The notes beneath the pieces were generated by a model. That model saw only the letters and a program-made list of their open reading frames with translations, made no database searches and was not told where the DNA came from. A stretch of DNA of 64,000 nucleotides from Candidatus Hodarchaeota archaeon (GTDB taxonomy: Archaea; Asgardarchaeota; Heimdallarchaeia; Hodarchaeales; Hodarchaeaceae): assembly GCA_029856365.1 (NCBI GenBank), contig JAHQWW010000010.1, forward strand, positions 1 to 64,000. Reading direction: 5' to 3'. This document shows positions 20,601-30,086 of this stretch, piece after piece; position 1 is the stretch's first letter; the number at the start of each line of letters is the position of its first letter. The position numbers and the translations under genes were made by a program.

Positions 20601-21484
20601 GAATCGAAGAATCGAAGTTTAAAGAAACAGTAGCTCTTCTAAAAGATCTAATGCCTAGATTTATCACAGCATCCCCATTAAAAGCAAAAGACCTCCTTAA
20701 AATTTTCATCAATATCCTCCTGACGATGGAACCAACAGAAACAGCTCTGAAGATCCTCTATGAATCCATTGATTCCTATATAATGTTGATAATAGAATAT
20801 AAAAAGCAAAAAGAACTATTTCAAGAGCAAATTGCCCTTTTTTTCAGCGCTTTGACCGAGGTAGCAGAAGCAGAACAAGTTCTAGGCCACTTTATGATTC
20901 ACTTTAGTCAAGAAATGACCAAACATAAAGATTATCAAATGCTTTTTACTACTTTGAAAAACAATATTGCCAACTTACAAATGACTAATTCTACTAATAA
21001 AATGAAGATAATAAATGAAATAAGCTCAATATTGGAATACCATGATTTAACTCCGCACACTATTATGGAAGGATTTGAATTTCTAAATGATTTAGCCCAA
21101 AATATCGATGATCAGAATAGAGAGAGTGTTTCACGCGTTTTTTACATGATTGGTATGAAGCATAAATCACAAAAGGAGCTTTTTGATCATGCTGTTCAAT
21201 CAGCTCTTGAACAGTCAAAATTAATCGGAAATATTCCTCTTACATTAGATCTAATCTATGTGATGATTGAAGAAGACTTGAGAACAGAAAATTACTTAAA
21301 TGCATTCAGAAGACTAGATGAGGTTATAGAAAAGATAGAACAAGCTCCAATTGCGATAACAAAGAAATTTTCTAAATTACTAGATGAATATCAAGTAAAA
21401 TTAGCAAAAAAGAAAAATGATGAATTGATGGATCTTCTAGCAGCTAAACATCAAATAATCCGTGATAAATTCTTGAATCAGTAG
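17675..21484 (+). CDS. Large alpha-solenoid (TPR/SNAP-like) protein
   Basis: 1269 aa, helical, with degenerate TPR-like pairs (GLKYLEQA, GFRFFDEA, GFEYLNKA); no TM helix. GGAG RBS. Confidence 0.75.
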   Translation: MDIENKLKQIQKLERKKKWEDASKASVELAEYHIEKKNFTEGLKYLEQAISSQQKEKKAEKVIILYRKIIGAARKGKNKTRKELFRYAAAAIPLIEEYIRVLRESDRYISKHGAMTLYFLGECREIVSGVSQRNEEFTRAGHIFVEVGEKLSISKKTEGDADESFEKARTIFDLINNKEETFKALLVEAEINVRKYRLERGFLLFDEARGKFDDEDHQGKVVDLEKVVYAEMGLELLQNHFSDKEKNKIADMLISKSREAHLLAKSLDEVSEILFEIGIINLMNKQLEKGFRFFDEAITNSQLVNDEAIPKKILEYLFQEGKNQAQDLLKPSLSIDSSFDLGKLPFMTYFDKMEEICKELNTGQEIEEVALYIWQLGLDLQEEKVIRDDFPFIEKAVNYLINNNRINSIHTIGDVLEKRLEQFAEKRDIRKFQSLKTFLVNMYTRIDDYQSAGFLNVKIAQIYASWGNYEKQVSCLSETASLIQNADQETVKAFSEALNEQFTRLESYVPDSIYNEILYLLGNSYLLLKDNDKYDSLFSTIALKSLETNDFSKAMEFHQQDYEFLIRTKNFSRALARVEEFLKPLFSKGKHQLAKNLRSKQIKLLIESKSSQEQVLQIIKSLEDQITETLAQKADITLVNDLFNHIIDLYNYLGLKEAQGDALFEMASRLFELEYVDAGFEYLNKAYEQFKIENAIEKQGLLFDLAFEKKNFYQDLADQATADRFLNFLIRNLIELNQIKEAAELIMSRAIQLIPIDEAKASDQFEEVKKLISQTQSSEDILQYYQHYGSALLKAGKINKGMETLAKAEGSTSTNSLSIADTCLTVAKDRFTEKDYDVYFILVDRALSIYTDLEMFQESSSIALAEARKLWSVNNLPYTMIYLERAWAPLAMTYDEKLAQSIQPVLQVSEEFVTALFEQKKYDEAKNFLEFQERIYKQLNLTEKILEVERRKIDALIGRGNLDGALSQVLDMATIGIEESKFKETVALLKDLMPRFITASPLKAKDLLKIFINILLTMEPTETALKILYESIDSYIMLIIEYKKQKELFQEQIALFFSALTEVAEAEQVLGHFMIHFSQEMTKHKDYQMLFTTLKNNIANLQMTNSTNKMKIINEISSILEYHDLTPHTIMEGFEFLNDLAQNIDDQNRESVSRVFYMIGMKHKSQKELFDHAVQSALEQSKLIGNIPLTLDLIYVMIEEDLRTENYLNAFRRLDEVIEKIEQAPIAITKKFSKLLDEYQVKLAKKKNDELMDLLAAKHQIIRDKFLNQ

Positions 21485-21636
21485 ATTCTTAAGATGAGGT
21501 TAATAGATCCAAAGACTATTCTTGATAATGAGCTTGTATTGAAATGAAATTATTAGACGAGGTCAAGAAAAAAAATAGCAACTAATAAAAAATAGCAAAT
21601 GTAAAGTTCAATTAGATATTTTGAAGGTTAATTCTT

Positions 21637-22071
21637 ATGAGTAGTGACTATACGGCTTGGTTCTGTCAAGAAATGAAAAAGCTGCTTGATTTGATAGCAA
21701 ATCGTGTACATCAGACTAATCCTGTAGAAATCAATAAGCAAGTTGCGGAAATCCAGCGCGGAATAGAATATGGTACTAATAATCCTGGTTCAATTGATAA
21801 TTTACTCCTCAAACTAGGTAGAAACTTTATTGATTCTTTTCAAGTTTACTTACGTCAAATGAAGGCCAAATCTCCCACAGGCATTCCACCTGGTGGTCAA
21901 GCAACATTACTTGCGGGAGTGGATGATAGTCCACTAAGGGAGGATGAGGCTACAAGCCAGCAATTCAGTGTTGATGAGTTAAAAGGGGCATTGAAAACAC
22001 GAAAGAAGGAAAAAATTGTAAAGAAAATGAAGGGTTCCTTAGATCTATTGAAGGAATATGAAGATAGTTAA
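21637..22071 (+). CDS. Hypothetical protein (helical N-domain, Pro/Gly linker, basic C-terminal helix)
   Basis: 144-aa ORF with GAAGGT RBS. Confidence 0.7.
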   Translation: MSSDYTAWFCQEMKKLLDLIANRVHQTNPVEINKQVAEIQRGIEYGTNNPGSIDNLLLKLGRNFIDSFQVYLRQMKAKSPTGIPPGGQATLLAGVDDSPLREDEATSQQFSVDELKGALKTRKKEKIVKKMKGSLDLLKEYEDS

Positions 22072-22135
22072 TAAAATCTCCAAATGATTAGTTATGACTC
22101 TTCTTTTTCTGAAAAATTTCGAATATTCTTTATTC

Positions 22136-22660
22136 TTAAGACTCAAGCTCAGATACTAAAACATCAATCTGGTCTGTAAGTTCTTTCAATGTTCCATTGT
22201 TCTTGACAATATAATTTACGGGAAGTTGAGAGATTTGAATTTCGGTTAGATGATCAGACCATCTTTTCCAATCTTGATCAGAGATCTTTTCACTCATGCG
22301 GATTTCAAGTCTCTTTTTACGTGTTTCAGAAGATGTTTCAATTCTAATAAATTTGAATCCGAGTGATTTAAGATAGTCCACTTCATTCCTCCTTCGTATA
22401 TCATCGACTACTATTGAATCAGAGGATTCTTGAATCTTTTTAGCTAAGTATTTTATCCAGACATCATCATCAAATTCACGAAAAAATCTCCCTATTCCTT
22501 GGAGTAAATCTCTGGTAATTTCTAATTCTAACTCCTGTGCAATTTCTCTCATCTTACCAGAAAGTCGCATACGGATAAATTTATATTTATTAATAATGTG
22601 TGTTGCTGCGGTAGATTTTCCACTTCCCATGTGACCGGTTATTCCAATTAGAAGCTGCAT
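22136..22660 (-). CDS. P-loop nucleoside-monophosphate/dephospho-CoA kinase-like protein
   Basis: GITGHMGSGKST; VVDDIRRRNE; VKNNGTLKEL. Confidence 0.8.
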   Translation of the reverse strand: MQLLIGITGHMGSGKSTAATHIINKYKFIRMRLSGKMREIAQELELEITRDLLQGIGRFFREFDDDVWIKYLAKKIQESSDSIVVDDIRRRNEVDYLKSLGFKFIRIETSSETRKKRLEIRMSEKISDQDWKRWSDHLTEIQISQLPVNYIVKNNGTLKELTDQIDVLVSELES

Positions 22661-22694
22661 AACTATACTACCTGAAGAAAATTATTGTTATTAA

Positions 22695-24548
22695 CTATAG
22701 ATTTAGATTATTCGGAGGATCAAACTCATTAGAATCTGTCTGTTCTTTTTTCTCATCGGGACTTTTATCATATTGAGCCAAAGACAAATCAATCGATTCT
22801 GGAGTTCTTTCTTTGGGCTGAAACGTGACTACAGCGGGCCTTCGTGAAATGAAAATCTTTCGGATCACCCAACCAAGTCCGAATATAAATCCAGCGTAGA
22901 ACGCAACTGATTCAACATATTCAAAATACATTACAGCACGAAAAAGAATTTCAACGAAGCCTTGGCTTAAAAGAGGGGCATCCGCGTATATTTCTGGGGT
23001 TGCTTCATGTAATTCATAGATATCACCAAGAATATTTGTTATTATCAATACAAAAGCTGTCGATATGAGAAGGAAAAAGACAGAAAGACGTTCTTTTACT
23101 CGTGGGGTCACAATAGTAATAGAAAGGAATTTGAAAGCGGCAGCTATAATAAAATAGAGAGGTAAGAGAAGAAATGGAATGTACCTAAAAGTGGGCCATA
23201 TGACCTGGAACCATTCTGACAATGGGAGTAATAACTCATCATAGATCAGATAAATTATTGAAGGAATCTCAATATCTAGCTCTAACATTTGTAAAATACC
23301 ACGTAAACTGTTCCAAAATAATCCCAGCCACGCTGAAAACATAATCAGATATTTCATAATCACAGCAACCTTAGGAGGGGAACGAGTGATAATCCGTCCA
23401 CTTCGGGCTACTTCTACTCCTTTAAAAACCGCTGTGAATATAGCAACAATTGCAAATCCCTCTGCAAACCCAACAATCACAGTAGCGATAAGAGTAATGA
23501 AAACAAAATCGAGTTGAATTATATTTATGACATCAAGTGCACGGGTCATGAATACAGCCCACAAATCGGTCTTTCCCTCGAAGAAGATATCCCAAATTAA
23601 CCATGCTACAACTGGAAGTAAATATAAAATGCCTATTAAGGGGATAATCAGTAGGAAGTTTACACTTGTTATAAATGCAGTTATTTTAAGTCCTTTCCAC
23701 AAAATTAGGAAAATAAATTTGGCTATTTGATAAATCCACCATATAAGCAGTCCAATGAGAATAATTCCAATAATAGGCGCAATGGGAGTAGTCAACAGAT
23801 CGGAAAGGAATAATCCGAATATTGGTATCCCAAGCCATGCTAATATTTTGTATAGCCGCTTATTTTCCTCTTCTTCATCTACTTTCTCCTCTTTTTTAAA
23901 GCGCGAAGCTACCCTATTTCTAGCAAGAGTTGTTAAAATGGATAGAAAAATCAACACAGAGAATGCAATTATGATTATGAAGAAAAAATCAAAATAGATA
24001 TTTCGGGCAGTCTGATAAAATTCCTTCCCCGTTCCTATTTTCTCAGTTAGATCAGGAATCTCTACTCTAAAAGAAACAAGTACCCATTCCATAACAAGAA
24101 CAGGAAGAAGTTCAAGATAAGTTGGTTTTATGTTCAAGGTAGGATTTTCTTGATACAGGAACACATCTAGGAGTAGATAGATAGCAGAACAAAATGATAG
24201 CGCCAATGCCGCAAAAAGGAAGAAACGGGTATTATATACCATTTGATTTGTTTCTTCGTCACGTAAACCAAATTCTGACGCCATATCGAATAAAACTATC
24301 TTGGAAAAACCGATAAGAACAAAAATAAAACAGATACTTGAAAGTAAGATTGCAATTACGTATGCTGGATCTTCAATTGTTGCAGTTGATAGATCAATTT
24401 CTTGAGAAACAAACATCACACCAATAATTAATAGTGCTATAATAAGCAAACCTATAATTTTATAAATCTGGCTTTTAAGGTATTCTTTCCATGGAATACG
24501 AGTCAATTCAGTTATAAAAGAAGACATCAAGCTTAACTCCTTTAACAA
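22695..24548 (-). CDS. Multi-pass membrane protein of unknown function
   Basis: About 12 hydrophobic segments; no motif recognised. Confidence 0.75.
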   Translation of the reverse strand: MLKELSLMSSFITELTRIPWKEYLKSQIYKIIGLLIIALLIIGVMFVSQEIDLSTATIEDPAYVIAILLSSICFIFVLIGFSKIVLFDMASEFGLRDEETNQMVYNTRFFLFAALALSFCSAIYLLLDVFLYQENPTLNIKPTYLELLPVLVMEWVLVSFRVEIPDLTEKIGTGKEFYQTARNIYFDFFFIIIIAFSVLIFLSILTTLARNRVASRFKKEEKVDEEEENKRLYKILAWLGIPIFGLFLSDLLTTPIAPIIGIILIGLLIWWIYQIAKFIFLILWKGLKITAFITSVNFLLIIPLIGILYLLPVVAWLIWDIFFEGKTDLWAVFMTRALDVINIIQLDFVFITLIATVIVGFAEGFAIVAIFTAVFKGVEVARSGRIITRSPPKVAVIMKYLIMFSAWLGLFWNSLRGILQMLELDIEIPSIIYLIYDELLLPLSEWFQVIWPTFRYIPFLLLPLYFIIAAAFKFLSITIVTPRVKERLSVFFLLISTAFVLIITNILGDIYELHEATPEIYADAPLLSQGFVEILFRAVMYFEYVESVAFYAGFIFGLGWVIRKIFISRRPAVVTFQPKERTPESIDLSLAQYDKSPDEKKEQTDSNEFDPPNNLNL

Positions 24549-24781
24549 AATGTTTTACGTTCTTGTAGCTGGGAAGGAAGTATAAATCACCAATAAAATT
24601 AATCAATAGTCTTTTACATTGGTTAAATGCCTATTGTTATAAAGCTTAACTTCCTAAAACAGTTTGCAGGAAATCAAAACATTATAGTTATATACTAAAG
24701 ACTCTTTGCATAAAGTAAATGAGTAGATTTTAAAATTATAACTTCATTTACTTCTCAGTAAATTTTGATAAGTGAAAACTA

Positions 24782-25336
24782 ATGAATTACGCCGATGATA
24801 AGGCAAAGTATCACCTTAAAATCATTGTTTGTGGGGCTGGAGCTGTAGGAAAAACTTCAATAGTACGACGTTACGTGGAAGATAAATTTGAATTCAACTA
24901 CTTACTTACAGTGGGTTTGGATCCTACGAATCGTCGAATTGAGGTGGATGGAACCCTTGTTAATCTAGTAATCTTTGATGTAGCAGGCCAAAAACGTTTC
25001 CAGACACTTCGAGATATCTTTTTCAGGAAAGCCAATGGTGCTCTTTTAGTATTCGATCTCACACGATCAGAAACTCTTGATGAGTTGTACGAATGGAAAG
25101 AGCAAATTGATGATCGGCTTGGGAAAGATCGTATCCCTATAATTTTGGTTGGTAACAAATCTGACCTTGAGGACATAGTACGAATTGATTATGGTTATCT
25201 CGAAGACCAAGTTATTCCAGATTTTACACCCATCAAATATCTTGAAACTTCAGCCTATCATGATGAAAATATACGGGAAACATTTTTCTATTTAACCAAA
25301 GAAATTCTAGAACGGGAAGGTATTATTTCATCATAG
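24782..25336 (+). CDS. Rab-like small GTPase
   Basis: G1 GAGAVGKT, G2 LTVG, G3 DVAGQKRF, G4 NKSD, G5 ETSA; no C-terminal Cys. Confidence 0.93.
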   Translation: MNYADDKAKYHLKIIVCGAGAVGKTSIVRRYVEDKFEFNYLLTVGLDPTNRRIEVDGTLVNLVIFDVAGQKRFQTLRDIFFRKANGALLVFDLTRSETLDELYEWKEQIDDRLGKDRIPIILVGNKSDLEDIVRIDYGYLEDQVIPDFTPIKYLETSAYHDENIRETFFYLTKEILEREGIISS

Positions 25337-25719
25337 AAATTGTATCCTGGTAAAAGAAGGGAAATGCTTTCTCCCTGTCCCTTTTTCTTATGTAATCCTT
25401 GTAAAGGTCCGCAGAGAATTTATTTCCGAGAGAAATCGTTGTAATACTCTCGTAGATTTAACCCTTTTGATGATTTTTTTGAAAATCCTCATATATTTTA
25501 CTCTTCTACACATGCATAGTCTTTATTAGGTAAGGATTTCAAAATTTTATAAAAAATGGATTTATTTACACCTAAAAAAACGATGAATGATTTTAAAAGT
25601 CTATCTAGAGATTCTATTCACCAAAAAAAGTCGGAGACGGAGAAATTATTGGATGAAAAATAAATCCGACAAAAACCAACTTTTTATCCTAATATTTTTA
25701 GAAAAACATGTACACAAAA

Positions 25720-25938
25720 TCATATTAATTGAGCAAAAAAATCTTGAAAAATAGGTTTATCAATCCTAAGTGCATTTCCTTCGCAATTTAATTCACATGC
25801 TCTACATTTCAGACAAAGAATGGGTTCTGCTAGTTCCGCCTTGTTATTATCAGTATCAAATACAAAACACCCCCTTGGACACACTTGTACACAGAACTGA
25901 CAACCAATACAACGTTTTGCATTAAAATGTATCACCAA
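25720..25938 (-). CDS. 2[4Fe-4S] ferredoxin (HgcB-like position, non-canonical)
   Basis: CIGCQFCVQVCP and CLKCRACELNC. Confidence 0.85.
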   Translation of the reverse strand: MVIHFNAKRCIGCQFCVQVCPRGCFVFDTDNNKAELAEPILCLKCRACELNCEGNALRIDKPIFQDFFAQLI

Positions 25939-25943
25939 ATCTG

Positions 25944-26924
25944 TTATCCTCCAATAATGAATGGTGCGATAATCAATCCAAAAATAATTACCACAGCTGC
26001 TCCAGCAAGGAGTATATAATCCTTTATGATAAAATCAGTTCCCCAAAGCGGTGTAAAGCCATCAAAATCTGTCCCGATAATTGAACCATATAGTAATAGG
26101 GTGCCAAACCCTATGATAAAATCCAAAGTCGAACTTGTAAAGAATAACATTGTACATAATGGAACCAGAAGGATAGAAAGGATCAAACCTTTGAATAATC
26201 CCGAATTGAAGGGAACCACTGGATAAAGAATACCTATTAGACAACCAAAAAACCATATATAGAATAAAAGGAATAGTACATTTGCTTGAAGCCACTTAGC
26301 CCATGGTTGTAGTACAAAACCAAGGGGTTGAGCTAAAATTGAAATTCCTAATACTAGAGGTAGTAAGATTAAGGAAATGAAGACGTTATGCGAGATACTA
26401 TTCTCTAAACGTTTTTTAAGATTAAATTCCACCTGGGACATCTTTGTTGATTTTGATTGATTATTCTGCAAGTACTCGCTTAAATCTTCAATATACACTG
26501 GACCGAATTTCGCTTCCCATTCAGCCTTTTTTAAAACGATATGATCCACTCCAACAGCAGAAAGTTGCGGAAGTATCAACTGACGATGATTTATCGCTTC
26601 TGTTAGATCAGTATCTGCTATTTGAGCAAGAATCTTCTCTGCAGTAAAATTACCTCCAGCAGCGGAACACCAAACATTCACACCCTCGGTATCAACTACC
26701 AACAACCAAGCGCTAATGCTCTGTTTCTCTAAAGAAGACACGATCCTTTTATATGTAACGAAATAATTTGAAGTTACCAAAACGGAAGATTCTTCAGAAG
26801 GCCTGGGATTACCAATGGGATAAAGTCCGGGTTTAACGTTCAAATTGAAACCTGGAAAGGCGAGTCCTGCAATAGCGATTGAAAATACTTCTTTGAATAT
26901 ATCCAGCATAGTCATTGCAATCAC
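25944..26924 (-). CDS. HgcA-like membrane corrinoid protein (CdhD/CFeSP-like N-domain plus TM helices), non-canonical cap helix
   Basis: PGLYPIGNP, VLVTSNY, LLVVDTEGVNVWCSAAGG, LILPQLSAVG and FGPVY motifs; C-terminal TM bundle. Confidence 0.85.
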   Translation of the reverse strand: MIAMTMLDIFKEVFSIAIAGLAFPGFNLNVKPGLYPIGNPRPSEESSVLVTSNYFVTYKRIVSSLEKQSISAWLLVVDTEGVNVWCSAAGGNFTAEKILAQIADTDLTEAINHRQLILPQLSAVGVDHIVLKKAEWEAKFGPVYIEDLSEYLQNNQSKSTKMSQVEFNLKKRLENSISHNVFISLILLPLVLGISILAQPLGFVLQPWAKWLQANVLFLLFYIWFFGCLIGILYPVVPFNSGLFKGLILSILLVPLCTMLFFTSSTLDFIIGFGTLLLYGSIIGTDFDGFTPLWGTDFIIKDYILLAGAAVVIIFGLIIAPFIIGG

Positions 26925-26962
26925 ACATCTAGGTTTGATGTTGTTCTATTTTTAGTTTACTC

Positions 26963-27613
26963 TCACTTAACCTTCTTTTTGATAACAAATAAAGTAAGAT
27001 GTCCACTTAGGTAAGGCTTTTGATCGAGGATTGAACCATAAGTTGACAGAAGAGTTGCTATATCATGAGTAGGATGTTTTGGAGTTTTAGCGATTATTGC
27101 AGCTATTATGTAAGCGGGGAATCTCAGTAAATTAATAACTAGATGTTTGATTTTGCTTGCAGGTAATGATTCTGTTATAAGTATAAGAACACCATTTGTT
27201 TTTAAGCAAAAATGAAATTCATCAAGGGCTCTTTTAACCTCCTGATAGCTTAATTCCGAAAAAACCAGAGAACAGACAATAACATCGAATAATTCGAGTT
27301 TTAGTGGTAAAGCAGTAATTGAAGATCTAATCAGAGGGGGGCGAGATCTTCTTCCGAAAAATCTTTTTCGTGCTTGTTGAAGCATACTTTCAGATATATC
27401 AATACCAATAGGTTTTACCCAAGAAGCATCTACTATTTCTACAAAACGACCGGTTCCACAACCTGCGTCAAGAAGAAACTGATTCTCATGCAAGTATTTC
27501 TTTTTAATATATGTGTAGATCCTACCAAGACGACCTAAAGTTAGAAAGTTGATTAACCACTCATATTTACTTGGTGCCTTCTTTTCAGCTAATGTCATCA
27601 AAATTGTTGCCAT
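26963..27613 (-). CDS. Class I SAM methyltransferase, resembling corrinoid protein-associated methyltransferases (CpaM-like)
   Basis: LDAGCGTG, GIDISESML, CSLVFSEL; N-terminal APSKY...LTLGRL; located directly upstream of the HgcA-like gene. Confidence 0.8.
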   Translation of the reverse strand: MATILMTLAEKKAPSKYEWLINFLTLGRLGRIYTYIKKKYLHENQFLLDAGCGTGRFVEIVDASWVKPIGIDISESMLQQARKRFFGRRSRPPLIRSSITALPLKLELFDVIVCSLVFSELSYQEVKRALDEFHFCLKTNGVLILITESLPASKIKHLVINLLRFPAYIIAAIIAKTPKHPTHDIATLLSTYGSILDQKPYLSGHLTLFVIKKKVK

Positions 27614-27806
27614 TATATTGGTCAGAGAATGAAAAAATTCGTTATTAAATCAAGTTTTTGTCAATAATAAAGTATCTAATATTTTTAAATCTTTAGAAGA
27701 TTATCTATAATCGTTGCCCCATGACTTAATCCATCATATTAAGCACATGGGAAGGTGGATTCTTCATTTACTTTCTATCTAATAGTAAGAAGTAGTGTAA
27801 CTTATT

Positions 27807-29039
27807 TTAATCTTTCTGATTCTTCATAAAAAGAAGGATGAAAAATCCACATAATGAAAAGAGACACGAGATACAAAAGATCAATAAATATTTATTCGGA
27901 TCAACTCCTCGTAACAAACCATCGATAGAAGGACCAAAAGCTCCGATAAGATTCGCAGACAACATTACCCAACCAAATGCTTTCCCTCGCTCTACTGAAT
28001 TTTTAGCTACAAGGCTATTTGTTGAGGGCCAAAATAATGCATTTATCACACCCATAGAGATGTAAAGTATGAAAATTATCTCAACTACGTTAATTATGAA
28101 TATTCCTATCAAAGTAAAAACTTGAAGTAGCGCGCTGAATTGAAGAACTACTTTTTCACCATACTTATCCGCAAAAAATCCACCTAAGAACTGTCCAGTA
28201 GATCCAATTAATGTTGAAAGACCAATAAATAACGCTGCTGTCGCAATCTCAATACCTTTGACTTCAGAGAGAAATGGTGAAAGAATAAAATTAATCATTC
28301 CTCTTGTTAAAGACATTGCAATTATAAAACCGAATGTCAAAAGAAGAACTAGAGTGAAATTATTTTTGAGTAATTTTTCATTTATAAAATCCTTTTTTTC
28401 AAACGCTGACGGAAAATTTGATTCATGATAGGATTCATGTCTTCCAACGAGAAACCAAAATCCTATTGCTAAGAAAATCAAAGGAAATGACCAAAATAAG
28501 TAGATTTGACGCCAACTGATTACATTAATAAATAAATATACTGATAATGGTCCTATTGACGAACCCAAACTGCCTCCAATCCCATGTAAGGCAAGAATTC
28601 GCACGTATTTCGATGAATAAGTTCGAGAATTTAGATTTTCAAAAGCTGTGGAAACCCAAGACAAACCTGGAGGATGATACAAAGCAAGCCCCAAACCCAT
28701 CAAAATTACACCAAAAAGAATAACAATGAAAGAATCACCGAATAATCCAATTGATAGTGAACCCACAGCACCAAGGATTAAACTAATGACCATCATCGTT
28801 CCACGACGATATTTATCAGCCAATCGGCCAAAAATTGGAGATGGAAGTCCAGCAGCCAATGTTCCTACAGTTCCTAAAGCCCCAAGCCCAATCCAGCTTA
28901 ATATGCCTAGATTAGGGAAGATGTCTTTTCCAACAAGAAGAAGAATGACTGGGAAGATAAAGAATGGAATCTCAACAAAACAATGTATAAGAAAAGCGGA
29001 TATGAGGCTGGTCTTTGGTGCAATTGTCTTTGTCAGCAA
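27807..29039 (-). CDS. MFS transporter
   Basis: 12 TM helices; GRLADKYRR and GFFADKYG motif A; LYHPPG. Confidence 0.9.
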   Translation of the reverse strand: MLTKTIAPKTSLISAFLIHCFVEIPFFIFPVILLLVGKDIFPNLGILSWIGLGALGTVGTLAAGLPSPIFGRLADKYRRGTMMVISLILGAVGSLSIGLFGDSFIVILFGVILMGLGLALYHPPGLSWVSTAFENLNSRTYSSKYVRILALHGIGGSLGSSIGPLSVYLFINVISWRQIYLFWSFPLIFLAIGFWFLVGRHESYHESNFPSAFEKKDFINEKLLKNNFTLVLLLTFGFIIAMSLTRGMINFILSPFLSEVKGIEIATAALFIGLSTLIGSTGQFLGGFFADKYGEKVVLQFSALLQVFTLIGIFIINVVEIIFILYISMGVINALFWPSTNSLVAKNSVERGKAFGWVMLSANLIGAFGPSIDGLLRGVDPNKYLLIFCISCLFSLCGFFILLFMKNQKD

Positions 29040-29105
29040 ATCATGTGACGTCCCTTAAATTAATTGGAAAAGAAGACTGGAAGATGCAAGAATAAATGCC
29101 TTTTA

Positions 29106-30086
29106 TTAACTTTCAACTCTTAACAAAGTTCTGGTTGCTACTTCCAAACCCCGTTCACTTTTCTCATAATTGACCATTGCTACTCCTATTGCACAAAAAA
29201 TTCCTCCAACGAGTGTAAAGATAGAGAATTCAGCTAAGAAAATCAATGCAAAGAATAGAGAGACTAGAGGGATAAGAAATTGGATGTTCCCTGCTCGTGT
29301 TGCTCCGTATTTTTGGACTAATTGCAAATAAAGCGTAAATGCAACCGCTGCAGCCCCAACACCAATCAACACTATCCCCCAGATACTTTCTAGGTTATAA
29401 TTTTCTATTGTTGGAGGTGATTCGGTTATCATGGAAAATACAAGGAGAACAATTGCAGCTATAAGAAGATTAAGAGCAGTCACTTCTTGTGATTGACTTT
29501 CTTGAAAATGTTGTTTTAACGATAGAGAGTACCCTGCCCAAGCCACTCCAGAAAGAAATCCTAAAACATATCCAATAGTAAAATCTATAGTTATGACCGT
29601 ACTTGTTTCAAGTGAGGCCAAAAAGACTATTATAATACCAAAAGTAGAGAGAACAAATCCTAAGGTCTTCTTGATGGTATATTTCTCATCCGTGAATAAT
29701 AATGGAGCACATAGATAAATCAAAACAGGATTGAAATTAAGAAGAACTGAAGAGCTAGCTCCAAGGATATATAAAATAGAAAAGTTTTGGCCAATGATCA
29801 TTAGAACCAGCCAGGCAGAGCAGAATAAGATTGGCTTAAAATTCTCTTTTAAGAGCTGTTTCAAGTTTACAAGTTTTTTTCGAAGTCCTATAATGATAAA
29901 TAAAGAGAAAAATCCGAAAATATAACGGAGAAACCCAAAATACAGTCCTGGAAAAACACCTTTAGTACCAACCCACATTTTTGAGACTAATGGAGGAGTG
30001 GCCCATAGTATTACAATAATAAATGCTTTTAAGAAGAAATCTAAGTCAAATTTCTTTATTGAGGAATGCATTAGCTTAGAACTCAT
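29106..30086 (-). CDS. EamA/DMT family transporter
   Basis: 10 TM helices in two EamA-like repeats. Confidence 0.88.
   Translation of the reverse strand: MSSKLMHSSIKKFDLDFFLKAFIIVILWATPPLVSKMWVGTKGVFPGLYFGFLRYIFGFFSLFIIIGLRKKLVNLKQLLKENFKPILFCSAWLVLMIIGQNFSILYILGASSSVLLNFNPVLIYLCAPLLFTDEKYTIKKTLGFVLSTFGIIIVFLASLETSTVITIDFTIGYVLGFLSGVAWAGYSLSLKQHFQESQSQEVTALNLLIAAIVLLVFSMITESPPTIENYNLESIWGIVLIGVGAAAVAFTLYLQLVQKYGATRAGNIQFLIPLVSLFFALIFLAEFSIFTLVGGIFCAIGVAMVNYEKSERGLEVATRTLLRVES

Noticed and set aside
25556-25663. 35-codon ORF MDLFTPKK...LLDEK
   Set aside because: No clear RBS or motif; compatible with chance in AT-rich DNA.
25944-26924. Calling this bona fide hgcA/hgcB (mercury methylation)
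   Set aside because: The cap helix lacks the AGK ending, and the ferredoxin lacks the ECGAC motif and C-terminal cysteines.
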